A stretch of DNA of 57,494 bases, filler included, from Dugesia japonica (taxonomy: Eukaryota): assembly GCA_001938525.1 (NCBI GenBank). It is 5 parts of 5 records of this genome, joined end to end, with 100 filler letters (N's around TTAATTAATTAA, not from the genome) between each part and the next. Parts side by side here need not be neighbours in the genome. Positions count along the whole stretch, not along the records: positions 9,625 to 21,098 come from MQRL01612674.1; 4 more parts are not named here. One strand, 5' to 3'. Both the position numbers and the translations under genes were made by a program. Of this stretch, positions 9,626 to 20,309 are shown in pieces. The notes below the pieces were generated by a model, which saw only the letters and a program-made list of their open reading frames with translations, had not been told where the DNA came from and searched no databases. Position 1 is the first letter of the stretch; each line of letters begins with the position of its first letter.

Positions 9626-9891
9626 TAATTATTTTCCTTATTGCTTTTCTTCGTTTTTTATTGTTAAATTAATAATTTTCTTAATTGACTATAATGATGG
9701 CTGGTTGTATTGTTCATATTCATTATCGTCACTTCTTCATTTAACTTTTGATTTATAATTTAATAGTTGTACTCGTTTTCTTACTTCTTTTAGTTGTTCT
9801 CCAAAAATAATTGTGTAGCTCACTTTCCTTACCTCGCCTTTGATGACCCCCGTGGTTTTGATTCTCTTCATCTGGATGTTTCACCCCAACA
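9626..9891 (-). repeat. Start of putative 3' LTR (5'-TGTTGGGGTGAAACA...)
   Basis: TG start preceded by purine-rich AAGTCGGAGAGCGA. The same 15-nt start begins an independent repeat copy at 48781. Confidence 0.55.
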
Positions 9892-10287
9892 AATCGCTCT
9901 CCGACTTGTTTAAATTCCGTCCCGGAATTTGCCATAGTTCGTCCTCGTTGCAGAAACTCTTTTATCCCCAATAAAACTGACAGAGCAAGGTGAATTTATG
10001 GTCATTACAGGTTATTTATTTAACACATACCGAAAAATTTCTACATTATACATATAATTACCGTATACATCAATACATTTATAGTTCATTTGTCCGCTAT
10101 GAGCAATGAGTCGTTTATAGTCCAAGTACTAATTACAGTTTATTTACATTAGGCCGTAATCGTTCTAGTCGACTTCATCTACTAAGTGGTCCTGGTTGTT
10201 AGCTTGTATAGCAGAGCCATATTTTTGGAATATTTCTGTTTCGATGGAGTGGGATAGGTTTCTTTTAAAATGATGGTGGTCGAGTAT

Positions 10288-11331
10288 TTAGGTTTTACTG
10301 GATATCCAACTGGGCTTTACAGAGTCGCGAGGAATGCTTTGAGGTTCTTGAATTACCAATGGTGTTGGTTTCCTAGGTTGGATTGTAATTATGGAAGGTG
10401 CTGGTGCTAGGTGTGGAACCTGATTGATTATTTTACTTATCCATTCTGGTATTTTGGATTTATCTGGAGCTGATGTGGGTTTCTGGATTATTAAAGATGT
10501 GTATTTTCTTGGTGGACTAGAGATTATTGGTTGCAATTCAGGAGCAGCAGGATTTAGTGTTGATTTAGGAAAATTGAAAGTGGCTAGACCACTTGGTTGG
10601 AAAGGAGTTGTTACCCTTATTGGGTGGGAGATAGGTCGGTGATTTGTATACGATTCCTGAAGTTTCTTAATTTCGGAGAATTGTTCAAATAAGTGTTGCT
10701 GTTTTTCCTTTAATTCTTCCTCTTTCTCATGGTAAAGGTTACGTAACTCAATGATCTCCTGTTCGAGTGCTTCTATATATTGCTGTAGAAATTCATTCCT
10801 TTGCTGGCATTCTTGTATTATAGATTCGAACTCGAAGGACAATTTATCGATACCTGCACGTACACCCTCTCTATTAGCCAAGCTTATCAGAAGCTGATTC
10901 TCGGTAGCAAGGTNGTTCTTTTCGAATTGGGTGTTAAATAGTTTCATTCTGAGGATTTGGGTATTCTCTTGTTCGATAGATAATTTATCCTGAAGTTCCT
11001 TTCTTCTGGGTTCTATCTCTTCGTATTTGCTCTTCTACCTTTGAGCTTGTTTAATGGCGTTTATTTTTGCTCGGTTGGCATCAATGTTACTCTTAATTTA
11101 TTTTTGGTGGGACTGACATGACCGTTTCCTCCTTTCCAATTCCTGGCTGGCTTTCGTTACTTGGCTTTCTAATTTGTTATTATAATTCTGCAATTGTAAG
11201 TTTGAGAGTGCCTCGATTTTGGATTTCAATTTCCATTTTAGGACTTCAGGTACAGTGGTAAGGGTTTGTGTTTGGATCTGTATAATTTGGATCTCATTAC
11301 GCAAGTGAGTGATTAAGTTTTCGTTGTTCAT
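10288..11331 (-). pseudogene. Accessory ORF: long coiled coil plus Pro-rich tail with PAM2-like motif
   Basis: ORFs 11098-11331 and 10288-10947 are in the same frame, separated only by in-frame stops. Heptad-rich E/Q/K/L sequence; STLNPAAPELQP motif. Confidence 0.65.
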
Positions 11332-11429
11332 TTCTAAAATCAGAGAGAGAGATTACTTTATTATAATAACAAGTTTTCAATTATAAGTATATATAATCAT
11401 ACATTATTTACATATTTAGATTTAATTAT

Positions 11430-12629
11430 TTATTGAAATTTTATTCCTAGTGCCCTTCGTTCGATTAACTTCCGACACATAGGGTATTCATTTAAGTTTA
11501 TAGCACAATTATATCAAAATTTTTTGAAATGTCCACATGGTAAAAATACGACCTCGATGGTTTCCACAAGGCAGATCACACAATCATGATCAAGCAATAC
11601 CCATTCTTGTTCATATTTTTCCTGGGGTTCTACTGATCGAAGTGATATTTGATATAATTTGAATAGTGTGATTAACTCGGTGCCTTTCTCTGCAACCGTT
11701 TGTTTTAATAGCTGTTTGATAGTTAACTGATCTAGTTTTAAGATATTAGACAGCCGGTTGACCTGTAATTCAACTGCCATTTCTATTCTGTGGCTAGACA
11801 TATTCCATTCTATTTTACACGTGGTTGGCTTTATTTCTCCCTTATTGATTTGATTTAGTCTTGAGCCTGTTACTCTATGGAATATCGTTGCTGGTAATTT
11901 TTCTATTCCTTTTAATATCAGAGTTTCTCGGTTGCAGGTAGTGCATTTGACAACTTTGTCATTCGCCTTTCGGACGAGGTATAATCCGTCCATTGTCTTG
12001 TCTTTCAAACCTGGTAATTTTTTAAATGTTTTCTCTCTTTCTTCGATATTCCATTCGAGATCTTTTCGTACGTCTACTTCTGCTAAGTTCTTTATAATTT
12101 TACAATATAACTTCTTTGGTTCAATTGTTGTTTTTTCGTTTTCGGGGTTTCTTCCCCTAATTGGTTGAGCTTTGTTATTTACGTTTACATTTAGTAGAAA
12201 AGGACAGGTAGGAAACCACTTCCTATGTGCTCTATTAGGTTGCTCGTTCTTACCCCACATGTGTAGTAAACCTTGACAATATATGCATTTCACTTTATCT
12301 GGTCGCTCCGGGGTACCGACATAGTAAAACCCAGATTTGGCTAAAGCTTCAATCAGTCCATATAGATATCTAGGTAATTCGGATAGTGATTTCTTTCTTA
12401 TGTTTTCGTCACGATATTTTTCGTCGAAAACTTTTATCGTACTATAACACACTCTCTTCCGTATGAAATTTTCTGGTACTGCAAATAAGTTGCAGTAGTG
12501 CATTATGTTTTGTGTTACTGAAGTTTGCTTGACTTCCTCTAGTCCTTTGCTCATACCAAATAATTCAATGTCCGAGTCATTCATTATAATTCTGGCTTCG
12601 TTTGTTGATAAGTCCAAATCGAATTCCAT
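11430..12629 (-). pseudogene. Inhibitor-of-apoptosis (IAP)-like gene: BIR, degenerate BIR, RING
   Basis: BIR: EALAKSGFYYVG..DKVKCIYC..LHMW....AHRKWFPTCPFL. Second BIR-like: REKTF..GLY..VVKCTTC..H. RING: CVICL..VVFLPCGH..(TGA)YNC..YPMCR, read through the TGA at 11516-11514. Intronless. Confidence 0.9.
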
Positions 12630-12867
12630 TATCTACAAAATTTACATTATTGTTTTGGTTATATCATACTATTACATTATTTTCAATTCGGGTCCAATAA
12701 GATGTTTTAGTTTAAATGGGGCATTTATTTAGGTGCTTTTCCATTTTATACCGAATAATAATGTATATAAACCTTTTATTTATTTATTTATTTATCTATT
12801 TATATATATATATTTTTATATATATTTATTTATATATATTTTTTTTAACTTCCCTCTCTCTTAGATT

Positions 12868-13434
12868 TCAGACAAAACTGACTTGGTTGTGGACACTCCG
12901 GGTGTTGAGTGTCTCGATTTCCCATTTTTGTGAATTTACTGATTTTTTAAGGTATTTGAGTTCTTTTGTCTGATCAGAAATTAGGTCGTGTTGTTTGGCT
13001 ACCAACTCCATTGTATAATTTTGCTTTTCTGTAGCAATTTCCAACATTCGTCGATTTTCTATAATTTGTTGACGACACATAAGGGTTTCTGCATATAGAT
13101 TTTCATTTTAAAGTTGAAGAATTTCATTTTTCAGTTCCAATTTGCACCAATCCAAGGGTTTCATTGTTATTAAGGTTTGTATTAATTGATTTTGATTGTG
13201 TTCTAGTTCTTCTAATCGTTGTTGGGTTCATTGAGTTTGGGTTCTGGCGCTATTCCATAATTCTTTCATTTCCTCGTTATGATTTTGCCAGATTTCGTTT
13301 ATCGTTGCTTGTGGGAGTATATTGTTTGTAAGATTATTTATTAGTGGGAAATTTCTGGTGACTAGTGGACTTGCTGCTAAATCAGTTTGGGAGTCCATAA
13401 CTTCATTTTCGGTTGTTGCTTCTTTTTGGTTCAT
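12868..13434 (-). pseudogene. Accessory coiled-coil ORF (~190 aa)
   Basis: ORFs 13228-13464 and 12868-13080 share a frame and are separated by two in-frame stops. ATG at 13434 follows CATTTAG-GA. Confidence 0.6.
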
Positions 13435-13539
13435 TCCTAAATGCGAAACGTTGATTAGTTTCACCGTTATTTCTATTTACATATATAGTTATTAAACAAG
13501 TTTACAATTTACACTATTTACACGTAGTTTCCTTCTATT

Positions 13540-15240
13540 TTAACACACTAATATACCCGGTGCCTGATAAGGTCTAGGCACATATGTGGGTACTCCGCTC
13601 ATTACTGGCCCCAGTGGTAATCCTTCGTAATTTGGTGGAGCTAGTGGTAGATGATGTCTTTTCCGATTATGTTTCTTTGGTTTGGGTCTTGTTTGCTTAC
13701 AGAATTGCACATACAATGTGATTAATATCAGTACCACTATTAGTATGCTCCCTATTATTGCTATATTGTCTGTTCCAGTTTTGGTTGGTACAGAGGTGGT
13801 TACTGGCTCCTTCATGGTAGTGGGTCCACCCCCTATCCTCATGTGATCTTCCGGTGGTTGGTACTTCCTCAGATTTCTCATTAAGTTGTTTAGAAAGTTG
13901 GTTCTTTTTGTTTCCTTTTCTTTGTTGGGAGCTGGAATTGGTGTTTCTGTTGCTGTTGTTGTTGTGGTTTTTTCTGTATTGGTTGTAGTTCTTATTTTAA
14001 TCTTTGGTCTAGTGATGTTCAGTTTTATTCTGACATCTCGATTTATAACTGTTGTGAATTCCATTTCCCACATTTCTGGTCCAAAACTACCCATGTTCAC
14101 TCCTTGTTCATGTAACGCATTTTCTTTGAATCCTGATATTTCTTCATTATACGCCCATCCCCATTGAGCGGTTGAATAGTATTTCTGTGCCGTTAATTGT
14201 TCCTTTTTCTCGTTGGTCCATAGTTGATATGTTTTGTTCATTTTTTTGATCCGTACAGGTCCTGGACCTTCCTGCCAATGAGAACCCCATTTCCCAAATG
14301 TGTATTTCGTTACCGAGTGGAGTCCTTTTCCCCGATTAATGGCTACACCTTTTTGCTCCCTAAATACCCGTTTCTTATCTGTGGATTCTTGGACTATATT
14401 CTTCCAAAATTGAATAGGGAATATGTATTCATTCTGTGGGCAGATTTTCATGCTCTCGTCTCCTTTCCGTTCCCATACCCATCCTCTCTGTCGTGGGTTT
14501 TCTATGATTTAATAAATTAGGAGATTGCGGGCCTGATGCATGTCAAAATTTATTTGGTGTTCTTACTCGCCCTGATCTCTTTTGCGTGTTCCTTGAATTT
14601 CTTGTGTTGCATACATCCACCAGTCCTTCATGTTGAAATGCATTGCCTGACCTTCCACCGGTGCGTCTCATTTAAACCATAGGCTTGCTGTCCACCCATA
14701 CCAAAATAGTAATATTCGACTTCCTTTGGATCCTTCAATGGTAGGTTTTAGCAATATCAACTCGCATCTGTATCCTTCAAAAACTTTTATTTCCCGCTTT
14801 CGCCCGTCTGTGCTCATTGTTCGAATGGTGGTTTTGTGGTCGTCGACACAGACCCTATGTTCTGTTAATATTAGCTCGTTGGTCCAACAATCTTGACATT
14901 TAATCCCCTTCATCACGATTATTAAAATAGTGAGTATGACTTGTCCGTTAGATATTCTATTCTGATTTAAGATCTGTATTTGTTGAATTGCCAGAGTTGG
15001 CAATGCCAACCCAAATAGGATTATCCCTGCAATTCCATATAGCATAATTGATGTTGGACAATCTTTACCCATATTCCCGATTACTTTTATGGTTAACCAG
15101 ATTAATATGCCATAGTCCAAATTTGTGTTGACTACTGCCCATAACAACAAAGAGATTTTAATTATTATTTCCAATGTAATCTCATTCTTGTTTCTTTTGG
15201 TGGACTCGTTTTTTGATTTTCTTGGTTCTGTTTGATCCAC
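13540..15240 (-). pseudogene. Membrane protein region of the polyprotein: hydrophobic segments, Trp-rich ectodomain, Thr-rich stalk, TM helix, PPxY tail
   Basis: ORFs 14668-15240 and 13540-14451 are in frame, separated by three stops. Signal-like VILTILIIVMKGIKC, stalk TTTNTEKTTTTTATET, TM IAIIGSILIVVLILITLYV, tail PPNY. Confidence 0.6.
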
Positions 15241-15246
15241 CTCATC

Positions 15247-16158
15247 TTATATCATTGTCATTTCCATATCTTTCGCCTTTCCCGGCGTTACTCTGACTAA
15301 TTGTCTTTCTCTTCCTTCTATTCCATCTCTTTGGAATTGGAATATTTCTCCTATTGACTTTATTTGTTTTTCCAAGCCCTCCTGTGGATTCATGATACTG
15401 CTTGGTTTAGATTTCCTCCGGTCCAATTTACTTTGGGTAGCTGGTGTGCTCATGCTCCCTGGCAATTGGATCTTCAATGGTTCGTATACTCCAATCCAGT
15501 TCCATTGTACTAGTGTACCGTGAAATAGATGGATGGATGTTAACAATTCTTCACTGCATATTTCGACACAAGATAAACACAACTTTTTTAAGGTGGATTG
15601 CCGGATAGGTGCTTCAATTGGTAGTTCGATTTGTGACCCTTCACAGTCTTTTTTGAACCAGTTTTCTCGTCTTGATAACCATGTTTTCTGGTCGTAAAAA
15701 GCCTTTATAGTGATTTTTAGTATAATTATACATTGTGTACAGTTTCTTTCTAGCTGAGTTAGTGACAGTGGACATTTTATCTTTTTGATATGGGCACAAT
15801 TCTCCTCTGTTCTCGGTATTTGGATTCCTTGATATATGATTGGATAGATTGTAGTGGCGCTCATAGCCTCTATCATAAGTGGTCTGTGCATTTGGTTACC
15901 TTAATTAAAAGATATTGTTTTAGCTTTTTGTTTCATAACGATTTCTTTATTATTAACCAATGCCACACTTTGCTGTCTTTGCTGAGATTGAATATTATTT
16001 GGTGTATGTTCGATTCTCCTCAATTTACTTGTTTGTTCTATCACCAAGATACCTGGTGGGGTATTTATGATTGTATTATTCTCCTTAGTTTTTTCCTGGT
16101 TGACGGCGTGTTTAGAATCATCTGCCTTTAACACCCTATTTATCTTTTGTAATTCTGA
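15247..16158 (-). pseudogene. Post-integrase polyprotein extension with a Cys/His-rich domain of unknown function
   Basis: In frame with the integrase. Contains CAH..C..CTQC..C..CLSC..C..H..H. Confidence 0.45.
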
Positions 16159-17610
16159 TTATGTACTTTCTGAATTTGCAGCAGGTAGACTCGTTTCTTG
16201 TTTTACCGTCTCCGTTATTGACCCTTCCCCGTTTCCTTCAAACTCAGCGTCCTCGCTGAGACCGTTTTTCTTTATTATTGTTTCTGTACTCTTCCCTGAT
16301 GAGAGATTTATTCGTGGTTTTCTAAGTACCATCATGGCTAGTTGTGATCGTAATGGATAGCTGTGTGATATATTCAGTTCTAGACTCTCCGACTTGCGTG
16401 GCCTACCTGGCCCTCTACGTTCCGTCGTAGTAGGCTCGGCGCTTGTGGCTGGCACCACTTCTTCTGTCACCGCTGCCTTTTTGCACAAGTTAGCGTGGTA
16501 TATCTTTGGTTTCTCTAATAGGTTCCCTTTCTTTCGAACCTTGAGATTAGTTTCCGTTACTTCAATTACGTCATAAGGTCCTTGCCATGGCCTTTGTAAT
16601 GTTGATGTCGTACCGACACAAATTTCCGGTAAATTTATCAATACCATGTCGCCTTTTTTGAAGGAATGTTGGGCTGCTGATTTATCATGTAAATCCTTAT
16701 AGCTCTCCTGGTAGAATCCGACATTCTCCTTGGCTTGTTTCCATATTTTCTGCATGGTCTCCTTGAAATTTGCCGCAAAATCGGTTTCGTCTTGATATTG
16801 TGTTATTGGTGGTTGGTATTCCAGGTCAATAGGCATGTTGCATTCTCTGCCATACATGAGACTAAATGGAGTATATTTTGTGGCAGGATGCACACTCATT
16901 CAGTAAGCGAATAGACATAGCTGAATGTGTTTATCCCAGTTATTCTGTTCCTTTTGTGCATAACTAGACAACATATTGATTAGAGTTTTATTGAATCTTT
17001 CTGTTAATCCATCCGTCTGTGGATGATAAGGTGATGTCCGCAACTGGTGTATTTTGAGAAAGTTTGATATTTCTGCTAATATATTACTCATGAAGTTTTT
17101 TCCTTGGTCAGTCAATATTTTCTTGGGTGTACCATATCTACTGAAAGATTTTCGTACCAAAATGTCTGCTATTGTGGTTGCTTTCTGATTCTTCGTCGGA
17201 AATGCCTCTGGGAATTTGGACAGATAATTCATTATGGTAAGTATGTAAATATTCCCACTTAGCGTTGGTGGTAGTGGTCCTACCACGTCCATAGCGATAA
17301 TTTCCATTGGGGCTGCTGGTACCGCGATTAATTTTAATAACACTTTTACTCTTTTGCCTGTTTCTCTTTTGGCCGCACATATTTTACATTTAGCAATCCA
17401 TTCTTTTACTGATTCCGTCATATGTGGCCAATAATATTTCTGCCTTAATTTGGATTCGGTCTTCTTATGAGACATGTGTCCGCCGAGTACACTATTGTGA
17501 TATTGCTCGAGTAATTTATCTCGCCTTGCTTTAGGGATAACTAACACGGTATTATCTCCGTCCTGAGCTGTCAGCCATTCTTTAGTGAATGCATATCGTC
17601 CGCCATTGCT
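16159..17610 (-). pseudogene. Gypsy integrase (HHCC, DDE core, GPY, AT-hook)
   Basis: H..GGH...CKIC; IAMDVVGPLP; ILTDQGKNF; PYHPQTDGLTERFN; PWQGPY; RRGPGRPRK. One in-frame TGA at 16902-16900. Confidence 0.95.
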
Positions 17611-17614
17611 CTTT

Positions 17615-18330
17615 TCCTTTATCTGATATCAGATGTCCTAAGTATGTCACCTTATTTTTGGCCCATTCGCATTTAGTAGGTTTCACTTTTAAGTTCCGTT
17701 TACGAAGTCTTACAAACACACTACGTAGGTCATTGAGGTGTCCTTAAAAGGTTGGCGAATAGATTAGCAGGTCATCGTATATACGCCATACATTGAGATA
17801 TACCATGTGTTACGTAATTCATCATGCGTTGAAAAGAGGCTGGTGCATTGGTAAGCCCAAATGGCATACGGATAAATTGATATAAGTCTTTGCCTGTGGA
17901 AAAGGCCGTTTTCTCTCTATCTTCTGGTTTGATTTTTATTTGCCAGTAGCCGCTTCGCAAATCCAAATATTTTAGCATTATATAGTAATTGCAATAATTC
18001 GTTGATATCTGGCAATGGATATGTGTCTTTCTTACTTTGGGCATTTAATCTTCTGTAATCAATGCAAAATCTTTGTGTGCCATCCTTTTTATCTACTAAC
18101 ACCACTGGCGATTGCCATGGTGAGCAGCTAGGTTCTATTACCCCGATTTTTACCAATTTGGCTGTTTCCTTATTTGCAAATTCTTTTTTCTCCACTGTCA
18201 TGGCGTATGGTTTCTGTTTGCACGGGGTTTCATCGGTTAGTGGAATGGTATGCATCGTCGCTGTGCACATACCCAGCTCTTCATTGGTCCATGCAAAAAT
18301 GTCTCTAAATTCCTCTATCAGTTGCAATAT
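17615..18330 (-). pseudogene. Gypsy reverse transcriptase, frameshifted; thumb and RNase H deleted
   Basis: SPWQSPVVLVDKKDGTQRFCIDYRRLN, LDLRSGYWQI, KTAF, RMPFGLTNAPASFQR, frameshifted AYI/DDLLIYS, KCEW..VTYLGH. The sequence then jumps directly into integrase-proximal sequence. Confidence 0.95.
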
Positions 18331-18739
18331 TGGTTGTTTCTGGTCTTCTGATAAAGTTTCCGTCTCTACTTTAAATGTTCTGTCGATTTCTGGTTCAGTG
18401 GCTATTTCTTCTATCACTTCGAGCTCCGGTTCGATGGGGGTTAGGGTACCCATCCTGGAGTTTGGCTTGATTGTGATATCTTTTTCTGTGAAATTAACTT
18501 AACTAACTGGTACTTCCCCACTTTTGTTGACCGTGGTTATTCCTCCTGCTGTCGGTAGCTCGTACTGGTGTGCAAATCCGTCATACGGTTCGAAATAACA
18601 ATCTCCTTCATAGGCACTTTTGGTACTGACTACACAATATACTTGACATCTACTAGGTACCAAAATCTTCTCTGTAGTGAATACTTCATGATCCTTCACA
18701 TGGGTATAACCTTCCAATGATTGTAATCGTAATGTTGAG

Positions 18740-19050
18740 AAGTTTAATATACAGTTTTTCATCAGAACGGGAAGAATGTCTATTCCTAGTATACACTGTC
18801 TCATCATTTCTACTATGATCATATTGTGTTTAATTCTATCATCCNNNNNNNNNNNNNNNNNNNNNNNNNNTCCAAAAATTTTGAGGCTACTACCATTTGC
18901 TACATCTGCTGTAGTATTTGTGGGTAGTATGTTTTTGTACTCGGTTATTGCAATTTCATCAATTGAAAACAACGATATGGTTGCTCCTGTGTCCAATAGA
19001 GCTGTTATAGGTCGGCAGTTGATTTTAACCATAATGGTTAATACTGGTCC
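18740..19050 (-). pseudogene. Retropepsin (aspartic protease) domain 2
   Basis: ALLDTGATISL...ANG...CILGIDIL. Confidence 0.9.
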
Positions 19051-19339
19051 ACCGTTGAAACCTGCGCAAACCACATCTGAAGAGTTTGGACTGATGTTTA
19101 ATTGTGTTTTGTTTTTCCATTTTGGTTCTCGTTCTTGAAACCGTATCCAATCGTTCCTTATCATGGTGTTTGTATTGGTATATCTCCGATGGTCTTGTGT
19201 TGGGTTATTTCGTTCATTCTGGCCGGTTAAGCGTTGCTGCAGCTGGTTGGGTGTTGGTTGATTCCATTGTTGTGGTCGCTTCAATTTAGTTATTATTCGA
19301 GTTTTCTGGTAGCTTATCGGAGAATACTACTGATCATAA

Positions 19340-19670
19340 TTTTCCCGTATTGTTAATTTTCTCAAATCCAATATTCCCTCCGGACACAGGCGTGGCAGAA
19401 GATCCAATCCTAATAAACAGTCGAATGCTAATTCATTCATTATCTGCACTTTATGCCAGAACCGTGTTCCGTCGCTTTCTATTGCACATATTGCTTCTCC
19501 AATGGGTGAGATTTTTTCTCCAGAGGCCGTGATAATAACTCCTTTATTGATTGTTATTCTAAGCAGACGATAATCTTCTAATATCATTTTGTGGACTAAC
19601 GTCGTACTTGCCCCGGTATCAATGATAGCTTTTACCCAGTTTCCGTCGATTTTTATCCTTTTCTGTAATA
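19340..19670 (-). pseudogene. Retropepsin (aspartic protease) domain 1
   Basis: AIIDTGASTTL...TASGE...CLLGLDLL. Confidence 0.9.
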
Positions 19671-20309
19671 ATTTTGCTCTCTGAGAAATCATTATACATA
19701 CCATCTGGGTTTCTAATTTATGATCCTCAGCGATTTGGTTATTCGGGGAACGCAAGTTTTGATTGGTCACTCTTTGGTCCATAGTTGATACATTATTCTC
19801 TGTTAACAGGGCCACATTGGGAGCTTGTGGTGGACTTATATACGGGTTGTTGTATAGGGGACCTGGTGCCCATACTTGTTGGGATGGTTGGTTCATGGGT
19901 TGCCAATCATATTGTGGATAAGCGTTATAATACATTTGTGCTGGTGCTGGTGTGCTTTCTCCTCCTCCGAATCTTAGCGCGTTTTTCAGTCGTTGCATTT
20001 TGCTGATTTTTTCGTATTGCTGCCTTTTGAATTCCAAATCGTATTCCATGGAAGTTTTATAACTAGGTACATGAGGTGTTCCACTGCTTTCTCCTCTGTC
20101 ATCGTCGCTGCTACTACTACTTTCATCTTTATTCTTAAACCGTTCTTTGAACTGGTTAAAATATGATATTTTCTTTTTAGCATTGCTCATTTCTTCGCAT
20201 AATAATCGGAGTTTCATTATGACCTCCTTGTCTGATCCTCTTATTTGTCCGAGCTTCCGAATGAATCTCTTTACTCTGTCGATGTCTTTGGAGTGACTAT
20301 TAANNACCA

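Noticed and set aside
11514-11516. TGA as selenocysteine or an alternative genetic code in the IAP RING
   Set aside because: The element has many TAA, TAG and TGA lesions, and a neighbouring RING Cys is also mutated; decay is the simpler explanation.
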